Assembly (NCBI GenBank): GCA_007571305.1
Contig: RKRR01000149.1
Span: 4,631-68,630 of the forward strand
Reading direction: 5' to 3'
DNA from: Candidatus Poribacteria bacterium
GTDB taxonomy: Bacteria > Poribacteria > WGA-4E > WGA-3G
Length of the DNA stretch: 64,000 nt
In this document: positions 54,505 through 64,000 of the stretch, piece after piece
How positions within the stretch are numbered: position 1 is the stretch's first letter
Layout: the number at the start of each line of letters is the position of its first letter
Program-made: the position numbers and the translations under genes
The notes under the pieces: model-generated
Database searches by the model: none
Seen by the model: the letters and a program-made list of their open reading frames with translations, nothing else
Told to the model about the DNA's origin: nothing

Positions 54505-55619
54505 TATTCGGGGTTACAAACCCCTCCTACAGTGGTATCGCGAGCATCTATAATCCAACCACCGCCGAGGACATACTCCCCATCATAGAAGACCGTAGCT
54601 TGACCGGGTGTAATGGCGCGGCGCGGTTCATCAAACCGTACCACTGCCTCTGTGTCGCCGATAGGTGAGATGGTCGCGGGTCCACCGTCATCACGGGATC
54701 GGATTTTGACGTGCGCACGGATCGGCTCTGTCAATTTCTCAATAGCGATGAGATTGATCCGTTCAACATGCATTGTATCCTCAAGAAGAGCATCGGATTC
54801 ACCGACAACAACGGTATTCTCTGAGGCATTGAGTTGCGTGACATATAGCGGTTTCCCGACTGCGATACCTAAGCCTCGACGCTGTCCGACGGTATAAAAC
54901 GGGACACCGTCATGCTTACCGAGGACATTGCCTTCTTCATCTATAATGTCCCCCTCCTGAATTTTTTCTGGGACCCTGTCTTGAAGGAAGCGGCGATAGT
55001 TGGTATCAGCAACGAAGCAGAGTTCTTGGCTCTCAATCTTTTCAGCGGTTCGCAATTGATACTTTCGGGCGAGGCCCCGAACTTCGGCTTTTGTGTATTC
55101 ACCGAGTGGCATCATCGCACAACGTAATTGTTCCTGCGTGAGCCCGGCGAGGAAATAGGATTGGTCTTTGCTGACATCACGTGCTTTGCGTAAGAGATAG
55201 CGTCCTGTCTCTGGATGCTGTTCAACGCGAGCATAGTGTCCTGTAGCAATAACATCGCATTCCAATGTCTTGGCAAGATCGAGGAGTCTACCAAACTTCA
55301 GTTCACGGTTACATACCATACAAGGACTGGGTGTTCTGCCGACGAGGTATTCCTCCACGAAATAGTCGATAATCTGTTCGCGAAAAGCGTCCTCGTAATT
55401 CACACCGTAGAACGGGATGCCGAGTTGCGTGGCGACGCGGCGTGCATCCTCAATGCCTTCAAGCGAACAACAGTTGGGCCGTTCCGGTTCCACCTCAATA
55501 GTATCAGGCGCACCGAGGCGCATAGTGATGCCGGTGACATCATAGCCTGCGTCTACCATCATGGCAGCGGTGACGGAACTGTCTACGCCTCCGCTCATTG
55601 CGACAAGAATTTTTTTCAC
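54504..55619 (-). CDS. mnmA: tRNA-specific 2-thiouridylase
   Basis: KILVAMSGGVDSSV PP-loop, ...CC...ED..DA..VA..LGIPFY..N..., ...ATGHYAR..., ...KDQSYFL.... Confidence 0.9.
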   Translation of the reverse strand: MKKILVAMSGGVDSSVTAAMMVDAGYDVTGITMRLGAPDTIEVEPERPNCCSLEGIEDARRVATQLGIPFYGVNYEDAFREQIIDYFVEEYLVGRTPSPCMVCNRELKFGRLLDLAKTLECDVIATGHYARVEQHPETGRYLLRKARDVSKDQSYFLAGLTQEQLRCAMMPLGEYTKAEVRGLARKYQLRTAEKIESQELCFVADTNYRRFLQDRVPEKIQEGDIIDEEGNVLGKHDGVPFYTVGQRRGLGIAVGKPLYVTQLNASENTVVVGESDALLEDTMHVERINLIAIEKLTEPIRAHVKIRSRDDGGPATISPIGDTEAVVRFDEPRRAITPGQATVFYDGEYVLGGGWIIDARDTTVGGVCNPE

Positions 55620-55773
55620 GGGAATATCAGGTTTGGCAAAGTATAGGACATCTATAACTTGCAGAATGAAGTGTTGAGTTTCAGCGATTTCCTTCCTGTT
55701 ACATGGATGCTCACTGTGACATCACGTCTGACTTCAGATGATACTGCTCCTCAGCTCTCTCGAAGACGACGAA

Positions 55774-56940
55774 TTAGGAGATTTGCCAGTCCTCTTTTCC
55801 GGCGTAGCGGTCATTGTACACATCTTCATTGAGTTCCAGCCCAAGTCCGGGGGTATCTGGCACCGTGAACGTGCCACCGGTGAAATCGTAGCCAGATGCA
55901 TCAATTACATCGCTCGTAAGGGTTGCGACTTCGCCATAGAGGAAATGGGGAATCGTTTTGCCGAATTGGAGGCTGAGGTAGAAACCGAGCAGAGACCCCC
56001 AGTTATGAGGTGCGCACTGGACATCGTGTGCGGCAGCCATATCAGCGAGCCGTCGCCAACCGGTAACGCCGAGCCCCTTCATGTCGTGCTGAATGACATC
56101 AATAACACCGGCCTCAAAGAAAGGATCATAGAATTCAAGCGGGTCGCGCGTTCGGGTTTCACCATCGGCAATGAAGGTTTTCAATCCCTTTTCTTGGATG
56201 AAGGCTTTGAGGTTACGGTACAATTCTACATCTTCCTCAAACATCTCTTCTATCCAAAAGACATCACAGTCGCTCGTCTCGTTCAAAAAGGTGATGACTT
56301 CATCGTAGGTATAGCCGTTATTTGCATCAACGAGAATATTGAAGCCTTCCCCGGCTGTGCTACGGGCAAGTTGGACAAGTTCTATGTCTCGTTGCAGTCC
56401 TGCCTTGCGTTCCATGAGATAACTACCGCGTCCGATTTTCATTTTGCATGCGGTGAACCCATTCGCCAGACTGTTTTTGACATCATTCTCGATTCGTTCT
56501 AGTCCCTCGGCTTTCGTCTCATATAGGAGATCGTTGAAATAGATGGTGCTGTCGTAAGCAGGTAATCCGTTTGAAAAAACATCACTACCGATGAGCTGAT
56601 AAGCAGGCTTTTCGAGGATTTTGCCGATCGTGTCCCAGAGGGCGTTTTCAAGCCCGCGAAATTCTTCAACAACGCCGTCCTCAGGGTTTAAGAGGTCAAA
56701 CGGGTTTTGGCTGAGCACGCCTTCGGCATTTTCAGGAGTTGTTGCCCCCCAACTGCCAGCACCCCAACCGAGCGTCCCATCGTTGGTATGGATGAGAATA
56801 ATACGTTCGTTCCACTTCCCGTTCGGGTCAGGCTGGTGAATCTCGGTTGCGCGGGAGTTACAACCAATAGCAGGCTGATCAATTTCGACCGTAACCTGTT
56901 CAACTCTGGTAATCTTGATACCCGTTGGATAACTTTGCAT
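55774..56940 (-). CDS. enolase-superfamily enzyme (MR/MLE; sugar-acid dehydratase-like)
   Basis: ...GFTACKMKIGRG..., ...NILVDANNGYT... and ...VFWIEEMFEED... form the metal-ligand pattern. The start is preceded by ccgcaaggtaaaattaaaatATG. Confidence 0.8.
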   Translation of the reverse strand: MQSYPTGIKITRVEQVTVEIDQPAIGCNSRATEIHQPDPNGKWNERIILIHTNDGTLGWGAGSWGATTPENAEGVLSQNPFDLLNPEDGVVEEFRGLENALWDTIGKILEKPAYQLIGSDVFSNGLPAYDSTIYFNDLLYETKAEGLERIENDVKNSLANGFTACKMKIGRGSYLMERKAGLQRDIELVQLARSTAGEGFNILVDANNGYTYDEVITFLNETSDCDVFWIEEMFEEDVELYRNLKAFIQEKGLKTFIADGETRTRDPLEFYDPFFEAGVIDVIQHDMKGLGVTGWRRLADMAAAHDVQCAPHNWGSLLGFYLSLQFGKTIPHFLYGEVATLTSDVIDASGYDFTGGTFTVPDTPGLGLELNEDVYNDRYAGKEDWQIS

Positions 56941-57025
56941 ATTTTAATTTTACCTTGCGGTTAAACGACGTGAGTTAGCACTTTAAGGTTACTTTCCCAA
57001 ATCCGTTCTCCATTTCATTACGAGC
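56941..57025 (-). promoter_or_regulatory. conserved leader/upstream element of about 85 nt (copy 2)
   Basis: Coding-strand blocks gctcgtaatgaaatggagaa (57006-57025) and gtttaaccgcaaggtaaaattaaaat (56941-56966). They have the same order and spacing as at 6461-6544. Confidence 0.5.
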
Positions 57026-57151
57026 TAAAGTCTACAGTTAGGAAAATTATTTTAAGACAGCAGCCTGCAACAACGGCGCAGGCGGATGGAAAAGAAAACA
57101 TTAAATAGACAAAGCCCCCTCATTTAACGCCTTGCGAATAATTAAAAGTAT

Positions 57152-58339
57152 CTACTCAAGTACAAGAAGCAGCTCATTGAGTGCGTCTTTCACCATATCG
57201 TTGGTTTCGGTCTCCCTGAAGTAAACGTCAAGCTTATGGGGCAAGTTATCGTACTGGTCAGCATCCTGAATCTGTTTTACCAAAGCAGGTTTCTTGAGAA
57301 GTTGAACAATACGGAGTCTGTCTTCATGATTAACGACATCAGGATTGGCTAACAAAACGATCAAACGCCCAGCTAATCCGTCCGCGAGTCCGTTTTCGGC
57401 GTAATGGTTCAACGTATCAATAGCAGCTTGCTTCGTGGTAAGACTTGAGCCGTTTGTGAGGATTGCGACGAGCCCATCAACAGCACCCGCATCAGGATAT
57501 TTCTGCAGTGCTTTCGCAACGTCCATACGCACGGTATCATCGGAATCGTCAAGTGCATCAATCAGCTTGTCGGTTGGATGTTCTTTGAGAAACATCATAG
57601 ATTTTGCGGCGGCTCTTCGTACGACAGGATTCGCGTCGGTCAAACCCTCAACGATCTTTGCTTCGGCCTCTTCGTTTCCGAGGTGATAGAGTGCGGTGTT
57701 AATTTCCATCTTCAACCCTTCATCAGTGGTTGCAGTATGGAGTGCCTCTAACTCAGGAACTGCGGATGGGTCTCCTACATCTCCTATGATACGGACGAGT
57801 TGAATCTTCATAGCAGTTGGAGTCTTACTGTCGCCAACTGCCTTCAGGATTTCGTTAATACCTTGGCTTCCGATTCCCATCAAGATTTGAACGAAGTCTC
57901 CGTGGACGGCGCGATACCGGCTTTTCGCAAGATCTTCCAAAATGAAAGGCACAGCGGGGGCCCCTTTATCAATGAGGACCTGTATGGCATCTTTCTGGAT
58001 CCTATGGCGTTCCTCAAGGACACGCAGAATCCTCTTCATCTCATACTCGCCCAATTCGCCGACTCGGCGTTCACGTTCAGTGCTGTAACTGGCTTCTATA
58101 TTATGCATTCTTGCCGCGCCCGTTGAAATGGCGTTACTATAAGCAAGAACTAAGAGTGCACGAGGTTCAACTTTGTTTTCCTCTTCCTGTACAGCACGTT
58201 CAAGGTGTTGGACGGCCTCCAGCGAGAGTCCTGCATACAACTTACCCCTTCCGACTTCAAGTTGGGTGATGACCTGTTCCTGCTGGCAGCCGAAACTCAC
58301 GGCTCCTATCAGTAGTAATATCAGCAAAAGCTTTTTCAT
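57152..58339 (-). CDS. HEAT-repeat lipoprotein (paralogue 1)
   Basis: ATG 58339 gives MKKLLLILLLIGAVSFGC (lipobox). HEAT units (...NPVVRRAAAKSMMFL..., ...DDTVRMDVAKALQKY...). Collinear similarity to 58808..60004. Confidence 0.7.
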   Translation of the reverse strand: MKKLLLILLLIGAVSFGCQQEQVITQLEVGRGKLYAGLSLEAVQHLERAVQEEENKVEPRALLVLAYSNAISTGAARMHNIEASYSTERERRVGELGEYEMKRILRVLEERHRIQKDAIQVLIDKGAPAVPFILEDLAKSRYRAVHGDFVQILMGIGSQGINEILKAVGDSKTPTAMKIQLVRIIGDVGDPSAVPELEALHTATTDEGLKMEINTALYHLGNEEAEAKIVEGLTDANPVVRRAAAKSMMFLKEHPTDKLIDALDDSDDTVRMDVAKALQKYPDAGAVDGLVAILTNGSSLTTKQAAIDTLNHYAENGLADGLAGRLIVLLANPDVVNHEDRLRIVQLLKKPALVKQIQDADQYDNLPHKLDVYFRETETNDMVKDALNELLLVLE

Positions 58340-58807
58340 GTTCCGTTTATTTTTCCTCCTGGAATCTCGATTAGACTCACCCGTCGGTGCCGCTTGTCGC
58401 GCGCATCCTTCATTAAAACAGCGCGCGATTAGATAGAGCACAACTTGCAAGCAGCCAGAAAAGTGTCGATCCAATACGTTTCAGTAGAGTTTAGCAAGAA
58501 AAACCACAGATTTTGCATATCGCGACGTATTTGACACCCACCAAACAGGAATTACACGTCTGGGCAAGTACTGATGTAAAGAATATTCTAAAATAAATAC
58601 ATTTTTATGTCAACAATTTAAGGTGCCACCAACAAAGCGGTTCCGTTTCCCATGAAAACCGCGTTCATCCTTTTGTAGGAACGAGCATCCTCCAATCGTC
58701 GAGAGGTAAAGATTTACATATCCTTTCTAACTTCTAAAATTTTTCAAACTCACGTTATAAAACGAAGGCATTTTGCAGAAAAAACAGACGTGAGACGGCC
58801 TGTAGGG

Positions 58808-60004
58808 TTACTGAAGTGCATCAAGGAGCTGCTTAATAGACGTTTTGACGAGCTCGCTCTCTTCCTTTTCCTTGTGATATTCGTAGAGCTTAAACTCAAG
58901 ATTGTCGTACAATTCCGTTACCTGAATCTGCTTCACAAACGGTTCCCTCTTCAGAAGTTGCACAAGATGGAGCCGATTGTCTGCGTCGCCAACGGTTCCA
59001 CCAGTGAGCAGCATTGTAATGCGCTTTGCCAAGCCTCTCGCAAGTTTGTTTTGTCCATAAACGTCGAGCGTATCAATTGCCGCCTGCTTCGGATCTTTGC
59101 TCAATCCACCAATAAGAATATTTACGAGTTCATCAACAGCGTCAGCATCCCGATGCACTTCGAGTGCCTTTACAAGCGATGCGACGACTTCAGAGTCAGT
59201 ATCTTTTAACCCCGCAATGAGTGTTTTGGATGGTACATCGCTGATATTGACCATGGCTTTCGCAGCGGCGCGTCGGACAGCAACATCACTATGACTTAAG
59301 CCATTGATGATGTCCTGTTTATACGATTCCTCACCGAGCTGATAGAGTGTTGTGTTAATTTCCATCGCCAAATCAACTTCACTCGTTCCACTGTGAACCG
59401 TTTTCAACGCATCTATGGCTTTCGCGTCGCCAATTCCAGCGAGGACCTGAACGAGTTTAACTTTGACAGCAGATGGTGTCGTTTCATCAGTCAGTTTTGC
59501 TAAAACCAAATCAAGACCGCCGGGACCTATCTGAATCAGCATTTCTGTGAAATTTGCGTGAAGTGCCGGATATCTCCCTTTGATGAGACTGTCGAGAATA
59601 ATTACCGATACTTCAGGTCCTTTATCTACAAGTGCCTGTAAGCCATCTTTCTGTACCCGCGACGGTGTGCTGAGAATTTGTAGGATTTGCTTTATCTCAG
59701 GCTCGGTAAGTTCTTGTATCCGCTGTTTTCGTTGGTTTTTGAATTTGGCTTCAACACCGTGGCTACTTGCACTTCCCGTGGAAAGTCCATGAGAGTAAGC
59801 GATAACGAGTAGAGCACGCGGTTCCAGTTTGTTGACTTCTTCCTGTTCGGCTTTTTCGAGGTGATCAACGGCTTCCAAAGCGTTACCACTGTCAATCAAT
59901 TTACTTCTGCCCACGGATAGGTTGGTCGGACCTTTCTGCTTTGTCTCACAACCAACACCCGCAAGCAGTAGAACAACCAGTGGAATAATCACAACCCTTT
60001 TCAT
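58808..60004 (-). CDS. HEAT-repeat lipoprotein (paralogue 2)
   Basis: ATG 60004 gives MKRVVIIPLVVLLLAGVGC (lipobox). It shares blocks with paralogue 1: EPRALLVIAYSHGLSTGSASSHGVEA vs EPRALLVLAYSNAISTGAARMHNIEA, and VAVRRAAAKAM vs PVVRRAAAKSM. Confidence 0.7.
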   Translation of the reverse strand: MKRVVIIPLVVLLLAGVGCETKQKGPTNLSVGRSKLIDSGNALEAVDHLEKAEQEEVNKLEPRALLVIAYSHGLSTGSASSHGVEAKFKNQRKQRIQELTEPEIKQILQILSTPSRVQKDGLQALVDKGPEVSVIILDSLIKGRYPALHANFTEMLIQIGPGGLDLVLAKLTDETTPSAVKVKLVQVLAGIGDAKAIDALKTVHSGTSEVDLAMEINTTLYQLGEESYKQDIINGLSHSDVAVRRAAAKAMVNISDVPSKTLIAGLKDTDSEVVASLVKALEVHRDADAVDELVNILIGGLSKDPKQAAIDTLDVYGQNKLARGLAKRITMLLTGGTVGDADNRLHLVQLLKREPFVKQIQVTELYDNLEFKLYEYHKEKEESELVKTSIKQLLDALQ

Positions 60005-60278
60005 TATGTTCTCTTTCCCTTCTGAAAATCGTTTTTTAGGAATGCGTACCGAATGCAACCGTGTGCTATGACACGTTGCGTTTCTAAAAATATTCTACCT
60101 ATAACAGTATCACACAATTAGAAAAATGTCAAGTGCATATAGGGTCGCAGGCAGGGCGATTTAGTTTTCAGTTTTTTGGGTGAGTTATTTTTTTCGGTAT
60201 GCATATATGAGGTGAGTTTTCACGTCATACATGCTATGCTTCACCTTAAACGTTCACTACAACTTTGAGGTGAAGATC

Positions 60279-60775
60279 ATGACGAGAAAACCCTCTCGTC
60301 ACTTGCTCGATATGTTAGCAATATTGCCAGCCCCCCGCAAGAAAAAGGCAAACGCCACCCCCTGAAGGCGATCCGCGCCCTTGCTATCATCGCGATGATG
60401 TCTGGATATCGCAAGTATGCTGCTATCACTGAATACGGACGTACCTATAAGCATCTGAGAAAAGCCTCGGCTTTCGGCATCAGCAACCCCTTGTGCTGCG
60501 ACCGTGTATAATCTTTTTCATCGCCGAGACCTTGAGGCCTTAGTGGCACCGCTTAGGGATTAGGCAGTCGCTGCACTTGAAGACTTCTCCCAACCGGTCA
60601 AAGCGGTCTAACAACTGTCGCTATAGATGGCAAGACCTTACGGCGGAGTCAGAAACAAGCTGCCCAGATACCGCACTTGCTGTCAGCTGTCCTCTCTATT
60701 GCGATTGGCAGGACACCAAGCACTCACCAAAACATTGCGATATTTTGCATCCTCAGCACGCACTGAAATTACTGA
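60279..60775 (+). pseudogene. ISAs1-family (H-repeat-associated) transposase remnant, frameshifted and 3'-truncated
   Basis: Reading across at least two frames gives ...LLDMLAILPAPRKKK / GKRHPLKAIRALAIIAMMSGYRKYAAITEYGRTYKHLRKA... and ...VAIDGKTLRRSQKQAAQIPHLLSAV.... These match the conserved DPR..G.RH.L, IAE.GR and (I/V)AIDGKTLRGS blocks of ISAs1 transposases. In-frame stops are present and the rest of the DDE domain is missing. Confidence 0.7.
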
Positions 60776-60910
60776 AAAATAATCACTAAAACTAAATGAC
60801 CCGAGTATAACACTGGTACCAAGCGTTAATGACCCTGTAGCGACAATCTAAACCTGCGGATAGTGATCCGCTGATTGGCAGGGCGAGGTATAAGCGGAGA
60901 AACGGACCGA

Positions 60911-63900
60911 CTAAACCTGTTCAACGCTCAAGGTTGCAGGCTCGCCATTCAGTCTTTGTGCGACGGTGAAAGCACTTTCACTCGGAGTGTCCACGACTGC
61001 AGTCGTAAGGGTCTCGCGGAGGATATACTCCCGATGCATCCGAAATGCCTCATCTACAAGCGAAGAAGTGGTATTGAGGCTGAGCTTAATCCGATCGGAG
61101 ACGTTAAAATCCGCCTCCTTCCGCATATTCTGGATCTTATTGACGAACTCACGTGCCAAACCCTCCAGCGTCAATTCGTGCGTCAATTCCGTTGACAATG
61201 CGACGAATTTCTTCGCGTCCGCTTCCACAAAGAAACCCTCCCGATTCTGAGTCTGCACATCAATGTCGGACTGCCCAAGGGTGTATGTCTCTCCCGATGC
61301 CTCAACTTGTAGACTTCCCGTGGCTTCTAACTCCGCTTTTAACGCGACTGCGTCTGCAGAGGTGAGTGTTTTGGCGATGGCTTGCACGCCTTTGCCGTAT
61401 TTGGGTCCCAATACCCTGAAGTTGGGTTTGAGTGTCACTTGTGCGAAAGCATCCAATTCCTCTGTAAATCCCATCGCTTTGACATTGAGTTCATCATAGA
61501 TGAGGTCTGCCAAACGATTCACGGCTGCTTTCTCTGTGTCAGAAAGTCCGCCGAGGGTGATCTCTGCCAAGGGTTGACGCGTCTTAATACCAGAACGGTT
61601 GCGAGCGGCATGTCCCATGCTAATCACCTCGCGTGTGAAATCCATATCTGCTTCTAACTGGGCATCTTTGAGTGCGGCATCCGAAACCGGATATTCCGCG
61701 AGATGGACACTTAGGGGTGCCTCAGCATCTAACGAACAGACCAAGTTACGATAAAGTTCATCCGCAAAAAATGGGACGAAGGGTGCCGCGAGTTTCGCAA
61801 CGGTTACGAGGATTTCATAAAGCGTGGCGTAGGCTGCGTGCTTGTCAGGTCCGGTCTCCGCGCCCCAGAAGCGATCGCGAGAGCGGCGGACATACCAGTT
61901 GCTGAGATCGTCTACAAATGTCTCAATGGCGCGCGGGGCATTTGTGAGATGATAGTTTTCCATCTCGTCGCGAGCCTTGTCAATGAGGGTGTGAAGACGA
62001 GACAATATCCACCGATCTACCGTTGCGCGTTCTGATACAGGTGGCACATTTCGCAGGACATCGACCTGTTCCAGATTGGCGTACATGACGAAGAAACTAT
62101 AGACGTTCTGGAGCGTTCCCATAAACTTCTTTAACGCTTCATCAATGCCCTCCGGTTTGAAAGCGCGCGGTGTCCACGGGGTGGTTGCCGTGAACATATA
62201 CCAGCGCATTGCATCTGCGCCTTGTTCGTTCAGAATTGTCCATGGATCTATCGTGTTGCCTCGGCTCTTACTCATCTTTTGACCGTCGGGTCCCATAATT
62301 AACTCAAGGCAGAGGCAGTTTTTGTAAGCCGGTTTGTCATAGAGAAGTGTCCCGGTCGCCAAGAGACTATAGAACCACCCACGGGTCTGATCAATGGCTT
62401 CGGAGATGAAATCGGCAGGATATGCCTGCTCCAGCATATCCTTGTTCTCAAAGGGATAGTGCCACTGTGCCGTGTGGGCACAACCGGAGTCAAACCAGCA
62501 ATCAATAACATCTTGCACGCGATGCATCGTGCCATTGCACTTCTTGCACGTGAGGGCAACTTCGTCTACATAAGGACGATGGAGCTCAATATCATCAGGC
62601 ACATCGGTTCCGAGTTCCTGCAATTCAGCGATACTGCCAACACAGTGCTGGTGTCCGCAGTCGTCACATACCCAGACTGGCAAAGGGGTGCCCCAATAAC
62701 GTTCACGACTCAACCCCCAGTCGATATTGTTTTCCAACCAATTGCCGAAGCGTCCATCCTTGATATGCTCCGGGTACCAGTTGATTTGCTGATTGTGCTG
62801 ATGCATCTGATCTCGGATAGCAGTCGTCCGTATAAACCAGGATTCGCGGGCATAATAGAGCAACGGAGTATCACACCGCCAACAGAACGGATATTGGTGG
62901 GTATACTCGGCAGCTTTAAATAACAGTCCGCGTCCGTCCAAGTTTTCGATGATTCTCGGATCAGCGTCTTTGACGTATTCGCCCACCCATGTGTCTTTAA
63001 CCTCTGGGACAAATCTACCGTCGGGACCGACCAATTGCACAAGCGGCAGACCGTATTTCTGTCCGATATCATAGTCATCCTGTCCGAAAGCGGGGGCAAT
63101 ATGCACCAACCCGCTTCCCTCTGTCGTCGTCACAAAATCACCGGCGACGATGTAGTGGGATTTTTCAGGATGCTGTCCACCATCAAACAAGGGTTCGTAT
63201 TCCCACTCGTGGAGATCACTGCCCTTATACTTTTCGATGATTTGCGGGCGGACATCTCCGAATAAACTGGGTAGACACTCTTTTGCGAGAATGAGGTGCC
63301 GTCCGTCGCTTTCTTCAACAGAAACGTAATCGTAATCTTCACCGACAGCGACAGCGACGTTAGAAGGTAACGTCCACGGGGTCGTCGTCCAGACGAGTAG
63401 ATAGGTATTCTTCCTGTTTTTCAGCGGGAAGCGAACAAAGATAGATGGATCGGCAACCTCTTGGTAACCGAGAGCGACTTCGTGGCTCGCTAAGGTTGTA
63501 CCGCACCGATAGCAATAGGGTTGTACCTTATGTCCCTGATACAGGAGTTCTTTGTCCCACGCTTGCCGGAGGACCCACCAGACGCTTTCAATGTAATCGT
63601 TCGACAACGTGATGTAGGCTTCATCAAGATTAACCCAGAATCCGATGCGTTCTGTCATCTGCCGCCAATCCTGCTCGTATTGGAAAACGTTCTCTTTACA
63701 TTTTTCGATAAAGTTCTGAACGCCGTAAGCCTCCAGTTCGGCTTTGTTTGTAATATTGAGTTGCTTTTCTACTTGATATTCAACGGGAAGCCCGTGCGTG
63801 TCCCATCCTGCTTTGCGGTGGACGTAATGCCCCGTCATCGTCTTGTAACGGCAGACGGCATCTTTCATGATACGTGCAAGAACGTGATGCACACCGGGCG

Positions 63901-64000
63901 GTGCATTCGCAAACGGGGGACCTTCGAGAAAAACAAAGGGGGGTGCGTCTTTGTACATCTCCATACTCTTCTGAAAGATGTCGTTTTCACGCCAGAATTC
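60911..64000 (-). CDS. ileS: isoleucyl-tRNA synthetase (long, type-2-like), 5' end outside the window
   Basis: The minus-strand frame is open to the window edge (EFWRENDIFQKSMEMYKDAPPFVFLEGPPFANAPPGVHHV...). HIGH-type motif PGVHH and KMSKS (QKMSKSRGN) are present. Editing-domain and anticodon-binding regions are collinear with IleRS. Confidence 0.9.
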   Translation of the reverse strand, partial: EFWRENDIFQKSMEMYKDAPPFVFLEGPPFANAPPGVHHVLARIMKDAVCRYKTMTGHYVHRKAGWDTHGLPVEYQVEKQLNITNKAELEAYGVQNFIEKCKENVFQYEQDWRQMTERIGFWVNLDEAYITLSNDYIESVWWVLRQAWDKELLYQGHKVQPYCYRCGTTLASHEVALGYQEVADPSIFVRFPLKNRKNTYLLVWTTTPWTLPSNVAVAVGEDYDYVSVEESDGRHLILAKECLPSLFGDVRPQIIEKYKGSDLHEWEYEPLFDGGQHPEKSHYIVAGDFVTTTEGSGLVHIAPAFGQDDYDIGQKYGLPLVQLVGPDGRFVPEVKDTWVGEYVKDADPRIIENLDGRGLLFKAAEYTHQYPFCWRCDTPLLYYARESWFIRTTAIRDQMHQHNQQINWYPEHIKDGRFGNWLENNIDWGLSRERYWGTPLPVWVCDDCGHQHCVGSIAELQELGTDVPDDIELHRPYVDEVALTCKKCNGTMHRVQDVIDCWFDSGCAHTAQWHYPFENKDMLEQAYPADFISEAIDQTRGWFYSLLATGTLLYDKPAYKNCLCLELIMGPDGQKMSKSRGNTIDPWTILNEQGADAMRWYMFTATTPWTPRAFKPEGIDEALKKFMGTLQNVYSFFVMYANLEQVDVLRNVPPVSERATVDRWILSRLHTLIDKARDEMENYHLTNAPRAIETFVDDLSNWYVRRSRDRFWGAETGPDKHAAYATLYEILVTVAKLAAPFVPFFADELYRNLVCSLDAEAPLSVHLAEYPVSDAALKDAQLEADMDFTREVISMGHAARNRSGIKTRQPLAEITLGGLSDTEKAAVNRLADLIYDELNVKAMGFTEELDAFAQVTLKPNFRVLGPKYGKGVQAIAKTLTSADAVALKAELEATGSLQVEASGETYTLGQSDIDVQTQNREGFFVEADAKKFVALSTELTHELTLEGLAREFVNKIQNMRKEADFNVSDRIKLSLNTTSSLVDEAFRMHREYILRETLTTAVVDTPSESAFTVAQRLNGEPATLSVEQV

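Noticed and set aside
60856-60871. Short hairpin gcggat/atccgc downstream of ileS as a terminator.
   Set aside because: The stem is only 6 bp and the trailing T-tract on the minus strand (aggtttagatt) is poor. This is too weak to call.

Overview
A 64-kb chromosomal segment from an uncultured-looking bacterium; I cannot assign taxonomy from sequence alone. It is gene-dense, with about 45 protein genes on both strands. I found no rRNA, tRNA or CRISPR array by eye. Most genes are housekeeping or envelope functions: ftsY, an EF-G paralogue, miaA, mnmA, a partial ileS, an ABC-F ATPase, an ECF sigma factor, a TolC-like protein, an alpha-2-macroglobulin/PbpC pair and an orphan GspG pseudopilin. These are mixed with lineage-expanded families: three PhyH-type dioxygenases, two enolase-superfamily enzymes, HEAT-repeat lipoproteins and LamG/jelly-roll secreted proteins. 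Five things stand out. (1) A visibly AT-rich accessory patch (about 48.6-53.1 kb) carries a promoter-driven, overlapping two-gene cassette convergent with a single-chain nuclease-methylase-specificity (type IIG-like) R-M gene. Gene 1 of the cassette is a Panacea/DUF4065-like::DUF488 fusion and gene 2 is an unrecognisable 274-aa protein. This is my best candidate for an undescribed defence or toxin-antitoxin system. (2) A bacterial XPB-like helicase sits next to a DUF790/Bax1-like nuclease. (3) Four secreted proteins share a roughly 17-aa extreme C-terminal motif, (E/D)(P/A)xxKL(A/T)T(T/L)W(G/A)xLK, that looks like an unnamed sorting tag. (4) A mosaic intergenic repeat system is built around a 24-nt hairpin core present 9 times. 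It includes a MITE family with 11-bp terminal inverted repeats and 7-bp target-site duplications. (5) A near-identical translation-initiation motif, AAGGnAnAATTAAAA(A/T)ATG, is reused by unrelated genes, twice as part of a conserved leader of about 85 nt. All domain calls come from motif recognition by eye and need HMM or structure searches to confirm.
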